DNA from: a virus
Strand: one strand, 5' to 3'
IMG/VR virus record: IMGVR_UViG_3300010399_000006
Span: 1 to 64,000 of that record
Length of the DNA stretch: 64,000 nt
Shown: positions 17,039-27,775 of the stretch, in pieces
Layout: every line of letters begins with the position of its first letter
Numbering within the stretch: the stretch's first letter is position 1
Notes under the pieces: model-generated
The model's input: only the letters and a program-made list of their open reading frames with translations
What the model was told of the DNA's origin: nothing
Database searches by the model: none
Program-made: the position numbers and the translations under genes

Positions 17039-18645
17039 GCACTCTGTGGCCCAAGCCCGGCTCCACCACTTCCGCCGGTCTAAAAACCGCTACTCCACCC
17101 ACCAATCTGAAGTGGCTCGCTCGTCTGCTCGACTCCAACTCGATCAGCGAACTCCACCAATACCCCGGCACCCTGCGCGCCCGCAAGCTGATCCGCGTCC
17201 CATCAGGACTCGCCGCCAACCTCTCATGGGCAATCGTCCACTATGACAACGCACGACTCGAACAACGATTGGCGACGGGCAATCCAATGCCCGACATGCG
17301 GATGTCGAACGGCGAGATGATCCTATCGCCAGATGGGCTGTTTAAACCCAAAGACAACTGGCCGGTACCTAGCGCGGATACCCACAGTCCTATCTCCAAT
17401 CTCACCGTCGATGATCGCGGGGTGATGTATCTAGCGTGTGGGTTCTGGGGCTGGGGAGGGATCGTCTATCGAGGAGGCGGGTTGCAGTCTGTGTTCTACG
17501 TCCACCCCGATGCTGCTCTGGGGGTGGCACCGAATCCGACGTACGTACTGCCGTTCAAAGTAGGGACTAGGTATTTGGCGTTGGCATCGCAGGGCAACGT
17601 GTCAGCGCTATGGGACGTGACCAATCTGGTGGCACCGAAGCAGCTCGTCCGGTTTGAGTTCGGCGTCATCACCCACGCACAAGCGTCGGACGGCCGGATT
17701 GCGGCGGTGTGTGAAGACGGGTGGGTTCGTACGTTCACACCGTCGTCGCTACTGGTCGGCAAGCTGGTTGGAGCGTTTGGCGGCGTGGGGTTGCCGTCAG
17801 CGGCAGCTACCGATGGAACTGACTTCTACTATACATCGAGCGCTCTAACGGTACTTACTTCGGACGGACGTACCCACAACGTGGTTATACCGTACGCACT
17901 GAATAGGTCGGGGGTCGATTGGAGCGAGAACTACCTGACACTGTGGGGAGTGGATAACACCGGCAAGACCCTCCATGTGTTCAAGACTCCATCACTGACT
18001 GAGATCCCGTTCGGCAGTTTCTGGCAGAAGTGCTACTGGCAGAACCGCGATATCGGATTTGCGGTGCCGCAGAACAGTGGGTTCGATCAGTCAGCGGGGC
18101 AGTGGTCACATGGAGTGGTAGTGGGTGGGAGGTTGCATACGCTGGTTGGTGGGTTGTGGGATGTGTGGGGGCTGGAGACGGGTACTGGAACGGTTACGAC
18201 GCAACCTCCCGTACATCCACCTGTTCAGCCGCCAGTTCAACCACCCACTCCTCCTCCGGTGACTCCACCGCCTCAGCCCCCACCGGTAACTCCACCAGTC
18301 ATCCCTCCGGTAACTCCTCCCCCAACTGGTACTGGTCTGACGGCAAAGGCGTCGAAGACCACCGTACTGGTCGGCGAGAGATTCGTCCTATCAGTAGGTG
18401 GTATCAACCCAATGCCGAGCGGCTGTAGGTGGCTGTTCCTAAAGCGCCCATCTACGGTGGTCGTAGGTCAGGTAGCTGGGGCCAGTACGATCAGTCACCA
18501 GTTCGACTCAGTAGGTGAGTACGTAGCGTCGTGCATCGTCGGTGGATTGGAGACCAGTCCAGTGACTATTACTGTGAATGGAGTAGCTACCGTGAAAGCT
18601 GGTTCTGGTTCGGGTACGGTTAGGGAACGGGCGGTACGTACATGA
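17035..18645 (+). CDS. beta-propeller (LVIVD-like) plus Pro-rich linker plus PKD/Ig-like protein
   Basis: ALWDVTNLVAPKQL repeat; PPV-rich linker; SHQFDSVGEYVA PKD-like end. Confidence 0.55.
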   Translation: MSTLWPKPGSTTSAGLKTATPPTNLKWLARLLDSNSISELHQYPGTLRARKLIRVPSGLAANLSWAIVHYDNARLEQRLATGNPMPDMRMSNGEMILSPDGLFKPKDNWPVPSADTHSPISNLTVDDRGVMYLACGFWGWGGIVYRGGGLQSVFYVHPDAALGVAPNPTYVLPFKVGTRYLALASQGNVSALWDVTNLVAPKQLVRFEFGVITHAQASDGRIAAVCEDGWVRTFTPSSLLVGKLVGAFGGVGLPSAAATDGTDFYYTSSALTVLTSDGRTHNVVIPYALNRSGVDWSENYLTLWGVDNTGKTLHVFKTPSLTEIPFGSFWQKCYWQNRDIGFAVPQNSGFDQSAGQWSHGVVVGGRLHTLVGGLWDVWGLETGTGTVTTQPPVHPPVQPPVQPPTPPPVTPPPQPPPVTPPVIPPVTPPPTGTGLTAKASKTTVLVGERFVLSVGGINPMPSGCRWLFLKRPSTVVVGQVAGASTISHQFDSVGEYVASCIVGGLETSPVTITVNGVATVKAGSGSGTVRERAVRT

Positions 18646-19841
18646 GTACCGAATTTGAGTTTGGGGAGCCATGCGCTTGTGGCGATGCGACTATTGGCAA
18701 GGTCACTTATTCTGAACACCTAAGCCATCCAGACAAAAAGCTGTTTACGCGCAGACAGGTCCACAACAGCTACGGGTGTGTTAATGGCGCTGCGCCGTGC
18801 ATACACTCACAATCGATCGCGGACAGGCCAACTACAGATCTGACGGCCGGTGAGGCAGCGGGACTAGCGAGTGATCCTATCTACAATCCACTCCAAGAGC
18901 AGTGTTGTGATCGGTGGCCGCACGATCTGCGGACTGCATGCACTACCGGTGTAGGAGATGATCCGGCGAAGGTGGCAACGGAAGGTCTATGCAGGTACTT
19001 GCGCGAGTATACCGGACACGGTATCTCTCCGGACTCGGTTGGTGCCATCATCCGAGCAGCGTATGCCGACCAAACGGCGGAGTTGGAGGGGTGGAGCAAA
19101 GCTGTTGATGCTGGCCTTTACGCTCATCTCGTCTGCGTTGATCTCGCGCTCAGTTCATGGCCGTGTGAGCGGAATGTGAATGCGGTTGACTGTGGGCATC
19201 AGTACTGTCGCGATCACGCAATGTGCCAAAAAATCACCGATCTCCAGTGCCAGCTCGCCGAACGAGATCGCAACGCACAGGCCGCCGTGGATGGCTTCAG
19301 TGAGACGCGACGCACACTCCAGGGAGAGCTGGTGCGCCGTGACCAGCGCATCGCCGAATTAACGACGCAACTCGCAGCATGGGACTTACACGAGAAGGTT
19401 GATCACCCCGGCTGCTACGGTCCACCACTGACCACACCCGAGAGCCGCGTACCGCAGATGGATTGGGAGCAAGTGCGGCAGAACGGCGGGCCGCCGTGCT
19501 ATGCGCTACTCGGCGAGACGATGCCGGACGGCGAGACGGCCAAGTATTGTGGACGGGCGAAGAGGTGGGCTGGGCATTATGTCTTGGCAGGGCATCCGTT
19601 TGTCGCAGTCCCCTTCCCACAACCGCCAGAAGCGCAACCGTCCGATGGGACAACGGCGGCGGTCGATCGCCACTCCGGTGCTCACGGACTGCTATCCGAA
19701 ACTGAATCCGTCAGCCGTCCTAACCGAATCAAGCCCGGCTGGATGTGGTGCTACAACCCAATCTGTAACTACACCGCTCCGGCGCTAGGATGGTGCGTAG
19801 AGCATCAGAAACTCGATACGTGCTGGTCGGTTACAGCTTGA
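18642..19841 (+). CDS. hypothetical mosaic protein
   Basis: ATGA-coupled 399-aa ORF with coiled coil and Cys/His patches. Confidence 0.5.
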   Translation: MSTEFEFGEPCACGDATIGKVTYSEHLSHPDKKLFTRRQVHNSYGCVNGAAPCIHSQSIADRPTTDLTAGEAAGLASDPIYNPLQEQCCDRWPHDLRTACTTGVGDDPAKVATEGLCRYLREYTGHGISPDSVGAIIRAAYADQTAELEGWSKAVDAGLYAHLVCVDLALSSWPCERNVNAVDCGHQYCRDHAMCQKITDLQCQLAERDRNAQAAVDGFSETRRTLQGELVRRDQRIAELTTQLAAWDLHEKVDHPGCYGPPLTTPESRVPQMDWEQVRQNGGPPCYALLGETMPDGETAKYCGRAKRWAGHYVLAGHPFVAVPFPQPPEAQPSDGTTAAVDRHSGAHGLLSETESVSRPNRIKPGWMWCYNPICNYTAPALGWCVEHQKLDTCWSVTA

Positions 19842-20010
19842 GAGTGTGAAGTAGCGGAGCTACGAACTTCACCAGTACGTAGATGACCGTCACCGCAATA
19901 ACGAGGGCGACGATAATACGCTTGATCGTTACGTCCATTTGGATCATAGATACCAAATAGAGAGCAACCCCGACGATGATAAGAAGAATGATCAGTCCGA
20001 TGAGGCTCAT
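19831..20010 (-). CDS. 2-TM small membrane protein (Thivi_2564-like; holin candidate)
   Basis: Manual translation MSLIGLIILLIIVGVALYLVSMIQMDVTIKRIIVALVIAVTVIYVLVKF...; 59 aa, below the ORF-track cutoff. Confidence 0.65.
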   Translation of the reverse strand: MSLIGLIILLIIVGVALYLVSMIQMDVTIKRIIVALVIAVTVIYVLVKFVAPLLHTLKL

Positions 20011-20282
20011 ACGGTAGTGTTTCCTTTCTTCGCTGCGAGGTTGTCTTGGGTCTTCTCCGCTGCGTCGCTCACCGCTGCATCCGGTGGAGATTTAGTTAGT
20101 CCCATTACGAACGCGTTGGTAGTTACCGCTACCAGTCCGAAGATCGGTCTGTACTTCTCCCACTCCTTGACGTTCCCACAATAGACCATAGCTGAGTTGG
20201 TCACCGTCAGGAACAGAATGAAGACGGAGCGCTTGGTGCGGGTCCACCATGCTGGACGGGTAGCACGGCGGCGGATCGTCAC
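20007..20282 (-). CDS. putative holin (2 TM)
   Basis: Basic N-terminus, two hydrophobic segments, lysis-cassette position. Confidence 0.5.
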   Translation of the reverse strand: MTIRRRATRPAWWTRTKRSVFILFLTVTNSAMVYCGNVKEWEKYRPIFGLVAVTTNAFVMGLTKSPPDAAVSDAAEKTQDNLAAKKGNTTV

Positions 20283-20728
20283 CCTTCCTGCTCTTTCCGC
20301 TGCAGCGCGTTGTGCTCGATGCCGAGCGCTTCGAGCTTCTTGTTCACGTTGTTCGCCTCGCGCGACGCCTCCAGCGCGTTCACGTTCGCGTCACGGCTGA
20401 TGGCGGTGTTCTCCGCGATCATCGCCGTGAGCTTCTTGTTCTCGGCGAGGAGGTCGCGGGCGACGATGCGCGCGGCTTCCTTGGCGACGGCAGCGACCGC
20501 CGCGGCGAGCCGTTCTTCGCGCTCGCGGACTTCCGTCACAGTCATCTGATGCTCAGCGCTGCTCTCGTTGCGGAGGGTGCGCTGCCTGCTGCCGAGTATG
20601 AGGGTGGCGAGGACTTGAACGGTTGCCATCACGGCCAGCAGGACGGCGGTGTTGACGTTGCGGTCGAACCAGCCTTGCGGTGGCAAGTCGGCGAGTTGAA
20701 TCACCAGCAGGAGCGTGATAAGCATCAC
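20279..20728 (-). CDS. membrane-anchored coiled-coil lysis protein (spanin/holin-like)
   Basis: TM segments plus coiled coil directly after the endolysin. Confidence 0.45.
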   Translation of the reverse strand: MMLITLLLVIQLADLPPQGWFDRNVNTAVLLAVMATVQVLATLILGSRQRTLRNESSAEHQMTVTEVREREERLAAAVAAVAKEAARIVARDLLAENKKLTAMIAENTAISRDANVNALEASREANNVNKKLEALGIEHNALQRKEQEG

Positions 20729-21165
20729 CCCGGCAACTCCGCATGCGGCATGTCGTTGAGCGACTCGTCAGGATCGGGAACGACCGGCCAGCCGTCCCCG
20801 TCCCAATCGCCACCCCAGCGCAATCCGAACCGCTGAAAGAGTTGCCCGAGGCTCCAGTAGAGAGCAACAAGCATCGCCCTGTCGAAGCCCTCAACGTTGT
20901 CGATGTACGCGCCGTCGCTCAGCCGGAAGATCCCGAAGTCGATCGCACGCGTCGGTTTCGTGTTGTGCTTGCTCTTTCGCTGAACACCATCGAAACGTGA
21001 CCGGCCCGCCTTGAACGCGACCATCTGCTCATCGGTGGATCGATACACTTCGATTGGTCGAGTCTCGTATCCGAGCGGTCGGAACGTCGCGTTGAACCGG
21101 TCGGTAGCGGCGGTCGCCTTTGTGACCAGCGTTGGGTCGGCGTCGGCGTAGTCTCGTGTCGGCAT
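20725..21165 (-). CDS. endolysin, peptidase M15 family
   Basis: YRS..EQ, SKH......AID, WGGDW, DMPHAEL. Confidence 0.88.
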   Translation of the reverse strand: MPTRDYADADPTLVTKATAATDRFNATFRPLGYETRPIEVYRSTDEQMVAFKAGRSRFDGVQRKSKHNTKPTRAIDFGIFRLSDGAYIDNVEGFDRAMLVALYWSLGQLFQRFGLRWGGDWDGDGWPVVPDPDESLNDMPHAELPG

Positions 21166-21171
21166 GACAGG

Positions 21172-21474
21172 TTACGCTTGTGGCAGCTTCCCGTGCGCGA
21201 GATCATTGATCGCGGCGCGGATTTCGGCGGTCCACTTCCGCATCAGATTTACATCCTCGGTCCCGTCGCCAATCCACCTGATGAGTAGCTGTGCCTGCTC
21301 ACACCCTTTGAAGCCGTCGAGTGACGCTGTGATCCCGAGCCAGGACAGGATGTTGCGGTAGGCATCGGCGGTCTTCGCGAGTTCGGCCGCGTCGGGGCCG
21401 TCTATCAGTTTGGCGAGTTCGGCGATGAATCCACCGTTGTTGATGATCTTCTTGATGCTTGGGTCCATGTTCAC
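21172..21474 (-). CDS. hypothetical protein
   Basis: Coupled ORF in the lysis region. Confidence 0.5.
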   Translation of the reverse strand: MNMDPSIKKIINNGGFIAELAKLIDGPDAAELAKTADAYRNILSWLGITASLDGFKGCEQAQLLIRWIGDGTEDVNLMRKWTAEIRAAINDLAHGKLPQA

Positions 21475-21887
21475 TGTCCTCCTAGTTTGGGCGGATCGGG
21501 GATGTTGGGAGTTGGCAGCCCTCGTAGCCGCATTGTCGTCGTAATCTCGGTCATAGACTTATTCACGTTGAGATTGTATGCGTACTGGTCACGAATAAAG
21601 TCCCACGCGATTTTTTGATTGTCTTTGAGATAGTTGATGTCCTTGCTCTGAGCGGTAAGGGCGTTGGACGTCGTTTGGTTAATAGAGACGATGTTCTTGT
21701 TCATCTCCTTCATTTCGTCGAGCATCTTGTTGGCAATGAAAAGCACGAGGGTCAGAAGCAGTCCGCAGACGCTAAGAAGTATACCGAATGCTGCCATCCA
21801 CGTCTTCGGATCTTGCCATGCACCAACTGGCCTACTCTCCCGGCGATCGTCAATGCCCGAAGTACGCCTGTCGATATCGTCGGCCAT
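21471..21887 (-). CDS. TM plus coiled-coil protein (holin/antiholin candidate)
   Basis: DRR motifs, one TM, coiled coil. Confidence 0.5.
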   Translation of the reverse strand: MADDIDRRTSGIDDRRESRPVGAWQDPKTWMAAFGILLSVCGLLLTLVLFIANKMLDEMKEMNKNIVSINQTTSNALTAQSKDINYLKDNQKIAWDFIRDQYAYNLNVNKSMTEITTTMRLRGLPTPNIPDPPKLGGQ

Positions 21888-21959
21888 TACACCGCCCTTC
21901 TCGGTCTCGCCACTGTCAACAGCATGAAGTAAATAAGTCATGATAGCAGACCCAACCAC

Positions 21960-23561
21960 CTACTGTTGCTGGATAGCACCCAGTCGGGCGGGCTCCTCAC
22001 TGTCTCTACTCAACCGGTCAAAGATATAGCCACTACCGCCGAGTGTATCCGCCAGTAGCTTGTCCAGCTCTGCTCCCAAGTTCTTACCAGCACCAGCACC
22101 ACTCGGTAGGTTGAACTGTTTGGTGGCTGCTGACCAGTTAGTACTGGCCTGTTGGCGTAGACGATCGAGTTCTACGGCGGTGAGCGGTCGCTGTTGGCCT
22201 TTGGTGATGCCGGAGATCGACGCTCGCATGCGGTTGGCGAATGAGGTAGTGGCTGCTTGGAGGCGAGCGTCAGGACGAACATTGGCGGGTGTAGTGGCAC
22301 CGGTTGTAGGGGTCGTAGGCGGTTTCTGCTCAGTGGTCTGTTTGACCAGCCGTTCGGCGTCGAAGATCGGCTTCTGCGTCTCTGGGTTGGTAGACAGTAG
22401 ACCGGCAGAACCACTGACAGACATAGGAGTGGCCGTCGTACGTGCAACGGGCGGAGATCCAGTGGGTGGTCCTACAAACGCGTTCGATTGGCCACCAACG
22501 TTGCCACTCTCGCCCCTGGTAGCGTCACTCATGTACTGATTAAGTAGCCAATCGGCCGATGAAATGGGCGGCTGAGTTGACGGCAATGGCGATGGTTCGG
22601 CGAGCGGGATTGATCCGCGAGATCCGGGATCTCCAGTATATGGAGGGCTGTACTCCGGTACCGGTCGCGGACTTACGAACGCGTTCGTCGCACTGCCTGA
22701 TTGAGAGGGAGCGTCACCAAAGGCGGCCGATTGGGAGAGATCCATGCTGCCGATCTGTGGAGTGACTGCCGGAGTAGTAGTAACTTGTGGCTTAGCGATA
22801 CGTCCCTTGATGAGATCGGAGACAGCCGGACCTACGGTTCTGCCAGCAATATCTCTGATCAGGTACTCACCGACCTTGGCACGAAGTGACGGAGGAGCAG
22901 TGGTAGTTACCTCCGGTATCGTCTCTCCGTACACTGGCATGAATCCGGACGGAGGTGGGCCGTTCCACACTTCCGGTAGTGCTGTAGGTGCCTGAGTTGG
23001 GGTGCGCGTGGCGAATGAAGACGCATCAGCCATACCGCCCACTCGACCGCTGATGTTCTCCATAGCCTTCGGGCCGCCACCAGCTAGAGCGGCAATGATC
23101 GTCGGCGTCAGTGTCCCCAGAGCACCACTATAGTTACCCTCTCCAATTTGAGTCATTGGCAGAGCCATCGGATTGGCCTGATTGATGACAGCTAGCCCTT
23201 GCGCTGGAGTCTTAGCTTTGAGAGCACTGTCTTTCATCGCTAGTGCCTGTTCCAGTCCAGGTACCCATTGCGGACCGGGAGTGAGACGATGCTTGATCTC
23301 ATCCACGCTGGTGGGTCCACCGACTGCTCGCCACGCACTACCAAAATACCCAGGGGTATCTGGTCCGGCCGGTTGGCTAACACCGCGTCCAGCCTTAACG
23401 TCTTCCGGCGTCAATCCGCGTGCAGCCAGTCTAGCTCTCGCTGTCTCTGCTGGAGTGGAACGTAGCGCTGCTAGACGAGACTCAAAAGTCGATGACTCTA
23501 CGGACGGTGCTCCACCGTTGGAACTTCTCATCGCTTCAAGTCTCTCGGCGAACGATGGCAT
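21960..23561 (-). CDS. putative internal virion/ejection protein
   Basis: Ala/Gly/Pro-rich; located after tail genes. Confidence 0.5.
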   Translation of the reverse strand: MPSFAERLEAMRSSNGGAPSVESSTFESRLAALRSTPAETARARLAARGLTPEDVKAGRGVSQPAGPDTPGYFGSAWRAVGGPTSVDEIKHRLTPGPQWVPGLEQALAMKDSALKAKTPAQGLAVINQANPMALPMTQIGEGNYSGALGTLTPTIIAALAGGGPKAMENISGRVGGMADASSFATRTPTQAPTALPEVWNGPPPSGFMPVYGETIPEVTTTAPPSLRAKVGEYLIRDIAGRTVGPAVSDLIKGRIAKPQVTTTPAVTPQIGSMDLSQSAAFGDAPSQSGSATNAFVSPRPVPEYSPPYTGDPGSRGSIPLAEPSPLPSTQPPISSADWLLNQYMSDATRGESGNVGGQSNAFVGPPTGSPPVARTTATPMSVSGSAGLLSTNPETQKPIFDAERLVKQTTEQKPPTTPTTGATTPANVRPDARLQAATTSFANRMRASISGITKGQQRPLTAVELDRLRQQASTNWSAATKQFNLPSGAGAGKNLGAELDKLLADTLGGSGYIFDRLSRDSEEPARLGAIQQQ

Positions 23562-25162
23562 TAGTCAGTGACCTTATAGCCAGCGGCGGTGGCTTCCTGT
23601 TCGGTAGCGCCCATCCGCTTCAGTTCCGTACGGGTGACGGTTTTAGATGCAGAATTAGAACCACCACCACTAGTGGTGGACGCACCCGGAGCGGAAGTGG
23701 CGCTGGTGGAGCTGTTGCTGAAAGCAAAATCAACAGTAGATGGATCTACCTTTAGCACATTCGCGAGAATGGCAACGTTGCGCGGACTGAGTACGGTGAA
23801 GTCGCGTCCACGTCCCACGCCGGTCTGATACTGAGCATCTGCCTCTGCCAGACGATCCTGCATCAATTTGACGGTCATTTCGATGGCGCCCTGACGTGCC
23901 GCAGGGGAGAGGTACTGACTAAGAGACTCGCGCATCTTCTCGCGTTCTGCTTGACCGGAGATCGACGATCCTCTGAGCATGGTTTCTGTTTCGTTGGCGA
24001 CGGCATCCGCCGCCCGGTTGTATGCGGCGAGGCGTTTCTGAAAGTCGGGGCTGAACTGATTGGCTACCATGTTGGTAGCGCGGTTAGTTACAGATGGGAG
24101 GAAGTTACTGTTGTTGAGAGCATCCCCAGCGATTTTCAGTTCGCCGACGTGATCGATGAGCTGGCGAATGGTCTTTAGCGCATCGCCGTTCTTTCCAGAG
24201 GTGAAGTTCTTCTTCGCCGCAACCTGCGTTGGGTAGTCGCTCATACTGAAGGCAGGGTCGAGCTGCTTGACCTTAGTTTCCAGTAGAGCCACGACTTCCG
24301 GTTTCCAGCGGCGGAGCAGCATGGGGTCGAAGTCGCGGCTGGCTAGATCTCTCACCATCTGATCGGCACCATCAGCGCCACCTGGAGCGGAACTGGCGCC
24401 GTAGCCAGAACCATACCCGGAGCCTCCAGCAGCGGAACCGGCACCACCTGACAGGGAATTCATGAAGTTGTTCTGCAACTGCTGACTTCTAGTTTCTGTA
24501 CCGATCTTCGCAGTGAGAGCGTTCCTCTCTCGTGCCTGCGCTTGGGCACTATCCGTCTGCGCTCCCTTTAATGTGACATCAGCACCTTTCACACGAGTAG
24601 CCGCTTGGGTATCTACTGTTTGCGGTCCGGCAACGTAGTCAGCCTGAGCGCCAGCGTGACGGCCCTGTTGTCGCTTCAGTTCGATATCGGCCATACCGAT
24701 CGGACCGGTGTTGTCATATACCTTGTTCGCATCAGGTATCACCTTGGCTGATACACCCTGGGCGGTGGCGAAGTCCTGCGGCGACAGATAGCGGCGAGCA
24801 GCAGTGGTTTGAGTATAGTCGGCGTTCGGATTTAGACCGGTGAGGTTCGTGGTAGCTATGATGTCCGACTGGAACCGGTCCGGAGTGAACCCTTGCTGGA
24901 CCGACATGTTCTGCCTAGCCAATAGATCCTTGAACTCCTCTTCAGGGGTTCGAGCGGTAGCTGATTGGGGAATCGTGAGACCACGCGATGCATTCGGGTT
25001 GGCCTGCATCAGTGCCACGCGACGGTCGAACGGCTGGCCCTGCATGAGCGCGGCGAGGTACTGGCGCTTAGCCTGCTCCTCATCAGCCGCACGCTGTTGG
25101 AGGTGCGACAAAGAGTCGGAGATGGTCTGTAGACCTTGGGGGCGTGGATCGATGATTTGCAT
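23561..25162 (-). CDS. putative internal virion/DNA ejection protein
   Basis: Helical Ala/Gln-rich; podoviral synteny. Confidence 0.55.
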   Translation of the reverse strand: MQIIDPRPQGLQTISDSLSHLQQRAADEEQAKRQYLAALMQGQPFDRRVALMQANPNASRGLTIPQSATARTPEEEFKDLLARQNMSVQQGFTPDRFQSDIIATTNLTGLNPNADYTQTTAARRYLSPQDFATAQGVSAKVIPDANKVYDNTGPIGMADIELKRQQGRHAGAQADYVAGPQTVDTQAATRVKGADVTLKGAQTDSAQAQARERNALTAKIGTETRSQQLQNNFMNSLSGGAGSAAGGSGYGSGYGASSAPGGADGADQMVRDLASRDFDPMLLRRWKPEVVALLETKVKQLDPAFSMSDYPTQVAAKKNFTSGKNGDALKTIRQLIDHVGELKIAGDALNNSNFLPSVTNRATNMVANQFSPDFQKRLAAYNRAADAVANETETMLRGSSISGQAEREKMRESLSQYLSPAARQGAIEMTVKLMQDRLAEADAQYQTGVGRGRDFTVLSPRNVAILANVLKVDPSTVDFAFSNSSTSATSAPGASTTSGGGSNSASKTVTRTELKRMGATEQEATAAGYKVTD

Positions 25163-25204
25163 GATCAGTTTAGATATCTATTACTGTACTAGTTACGATA
25201 CTAG

Positions 25205-26716
25205 TTATGGTGCTACATATCCGGTCGGATTGAAGTTCGGCACCAGTCCAGCCGGTGGGAACGTCATACCGCCCATCAAACCAAGTAGATACTGGTAGTA
25301 ATCGGACGCCAGTTTGTCCTGACCGAGTTGGAAATCGTAGCCCTTCCACTTGTCCTCGTACGGCAGACCGGTGATGAACTTCTTCCAATCGATATCGCTT
25401 GCGTATTTGGATGCGTCAGCAGCGGCGCTAGCTCCGGCACCAGCGGTAGATGCACCGATCTGCGCAGCTTGGATGCCGTACTGACCGCTGATCTCCGCGA
25501 GGGCCTTTTGCAGCGCTCGGTCCTTGGCGGCTTCGCTCGATTCGTACGTCCAACCGGCGAGACCGGACTGTTGCTGGTTGACTAGATCAGCCAGACCGCG
25601 CGATTGGGCCATCGAGTAGGCACCGGAGTTGATCGCACCGGAGTTGCCGCCAGCGGTGGCGAGTGCTCGGAGGTAGTCTTCTTGCTCTTGCTGCCACAGA
25701 GGGCTCATCAGGTTGCGGAGGTAGGCGAGGGATTCGGGGTCGCCACCCGCACCAGTAACTCCACCAGCGCCACCAGCTCCACCAGCAGCGGCGCCGCTCT
25801 CACCGCGAGGACCAGCAATAGCATTGGGGTCAGCAGTGCGGGTGGGATCTAGTGCGGGATTCCACGCGTTGCCACCACCAACGATACCTCCACCGCCAAC
25901 TCCACCAGTCAGGTCAGGTGGAGTAGTTGAGACGATCCCACCGGGAGCACCACTGTCGGGCGGCTTGGTGCCAGTGCCGGGCATACCGGGTAGACCGCCG
26001 ATTGCTCCACCCATCGTGCCGGGAGTCAGACTACCGGTACCACCAGCGGAGAGCTGGTTGAGGTACCAGTCTCCGAATGGCACGTTGACCTTACCGGCTA
26101 GAGCTAGACCGCGAAAGTCATTGACGTCTTTGGGGGTGATGTTGGCGAATGCAGGATTGCGGTCGGCGAAGCTACGGTAGTACTCCGCCATTGCATTGAG
26201 GTCGTTCGGATCGCTCGGTGGCTGCATCGGAGTGACTGGTTGGACCGGTGCATGCGGTTGGAGGGTGGGGATGCCGGTAGTAGGTACTGGAGTAGTAGTT
26301 GGAGTGGTCTGTACTGGACCCGGCACTCCACCTGGAATACCCGCGCCGATACCACCGCCAACGGGTGATGCCTGCTGATACGGTTGTACATCTGCTTCGG
26401 GCATCGCCGTCGCCGTGGACTGACCAACGAATGCCGAAGACACCGGTAGCTTGACGGGCATCGTCGATACCGGTACCGGTGCCTGCGTTGGTACTTGACC
26501 ACGCTGTGGAGTGAGCATTCGAGCCCACGCCTGCGCGGCGTTGCCGAACGCCGAGAAAGCGTCTTTGCCGCCACCGGGATTGGATTGCACAGCAGCATTG
26601 GTGGCTGATGAACCGGTCTGTGAGCCCTGTTGGCCGTTACCGGCAGCTCCACCATACACGCTGTCTTGGGTGGAGTATGGATTGGTGTTTGCGTCGTATG
26701 GATTGTAGGGAGGCAT
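25205..26716 (-). CDS. putative ejection protein (Gly/Pro-rich)
   Basis: Low complexity with helical C-terminal part; synteny. Confidence 0.5.
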   Translation of the reverse strand: MPPYNPYDANTNPYSTQDSVYGGAAGNGQQGSQTGSSATNAAVQSNPGGGKDAFSAFGNAAQAWARMLTPQRGQVPTQAPVPVSTMPVKLPVSSAFVGQSTATAMPEADVQPYQQASPVGGGIGAGIPGGVPGPVQTTPTTTPVPTTGIPTLQPHAPVQPVTPMQPPSDPNDLNAMAEYYRSFADRNPAFANITPKDVNDFRGLALAGKVNVPFGDWYLNQLSAGGTGSLTPGTMGGAIGGLPGMPGTGTKPPDSGAPGGIVSTTPPDLTGGVGGGGIVGGGNAWNPALDPTRTADPNAIAGPRGESGAAAGGAGGAGGVTGAGGDPESLAYLRNLMSPLWQQEQEDYLRALATAGGNSGAINSGAYSMAQSRGLADLVNQQQSGLAGWTYESSEAAKDRALQKALAEISGQYGIQAAQIGASTAGAGASAAADASKYASDIDWKKFITGLPYEDKWKGYDFQLGQDKLASDYYQYLLGLMGGMTFPPAGLVPNFNPTGYVAP

Positions 26717-26740
26717 AATTGGTAATTCTTACTCTCCCTT

Positions 26741-27673
26741 CTACGGTTGGGTGACGTTCATGCCGCCACCGCCGACGTTACCAGTTCCAATACCTAGACC
26801 ACCGCCAACTCCAGCGGCGGGCTTAGCACTGTTGATATAGGACGTAGCGATGGCGAGAGCTACCTGTGGGTCGATACCGTAGGTGGATGCGATGGCGGTG
26901 GCAATGCCTTGGACACCAGTTTGGGTGATCTCTGGGTGCTGGCTGAGCCACTGGGCGATGCCGATGGCTTGCTGCGTGCCGCCACCAGCAGGAGCGCCAG
27001 TACCAGCCGGGGTACCGGGAGGGCCAGCAACGCCAGCAGCGTTCGGCGCACCGTTACCACTCATCCACGCTTGCTGATTACCGGTGGACTGTCTGATGAG
27101 GTTCTGGTAGTAGTCGGCATTGGTACCGCCCGGTGATCCAGACGGACTCAGTGTGGGCGGCGTCAAACCCTGATAAGCCATTGGAGTGGCTGATGTGCGG
27201 TTCCACGGCAGAGTGGGAGCGACGCGGCCGATCTCCGATTTGCCGATGTCAGACACGATTCCGGCGTTGTACTTAGTGGCGGGGTTGTCGAACGCTTGAA
27301 TGTAGCGGCGATAGAGTTCACTCTGCTCGGGGGAGAGCGGAGTCTGGTGGTACGTGGGTTTCTGGAGTGCTTGGTATGCACCCAGACCGAACTGCCCAGC
27401 AGTAGCGAGTAGGCCGTAGTTATTAGCCAGCCAGCTACCGGCACCGGCGGTTTGGGCGGGCATCTGAGTTACGCCGGTAGTTACCGGTACAGAGGTAGTT
27501 TGCGATGTGCTGCTGCCCATCCCCGGTGCACCGCCACCGGGAGTACCGGTCGTGCCGGGGGAACTGGCCGGACCCGACTTCTTCATGTTCTGGATATCGC
27601 CCAGACTGAATCCGTGAGGAGCCAGCCATTGGGCGGTATCGTCGTCGAATCCGTACTGCTGCGGTTGGGCCAT
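26741..27673 (-). CDS. putative pilot/ejection protein
   Basis: Gly-rich hydrophobic segment; synteny. Confidence 0.45.
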   Translation of the reverse strand: MAQPQQYGFDDDTAQWLAPHGFSLGDIQNMKKSGPASSPGTTGTPGGGAPGMGSSTSQTTSVPVTTGVTQMPAQTAGAGSWLANNYGLLATAGQFGLGAYQALQKPTYHQTPLSPEQSELYRRYIQAFDNPATKYNAGIVSDIGKSEIGRVAPTLPWNRTSATPMAYQGLTPPTLSPSGSPGGTNADYYQNLIRQSTGNQQAWMSGNGAPNAAGVAGPPGTPAGTGAPAGGGTQQAIGIAQWLSQHPEITQTGVQGIATAIASTYGIDPQVALAIATSYINSAKPAAGVGGGLGIGTGNVGGGGMNVTQP

Positions 27674-27775
27674 CTTAGATCACTCTCGATTTCTGCCCTG
27701 GGTGATCCCGTACGATGGCGGTTCAGGACTGTACCAAATCGGATTGTACATCAGTAATCAGTAGGAGAGAAGTTT

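Noticed and set aside
21960-25162. Two adjacent ORFs of identical length (533 aa) as a duplication
   Set aside because: No visible sequence similarity; likely coincidence
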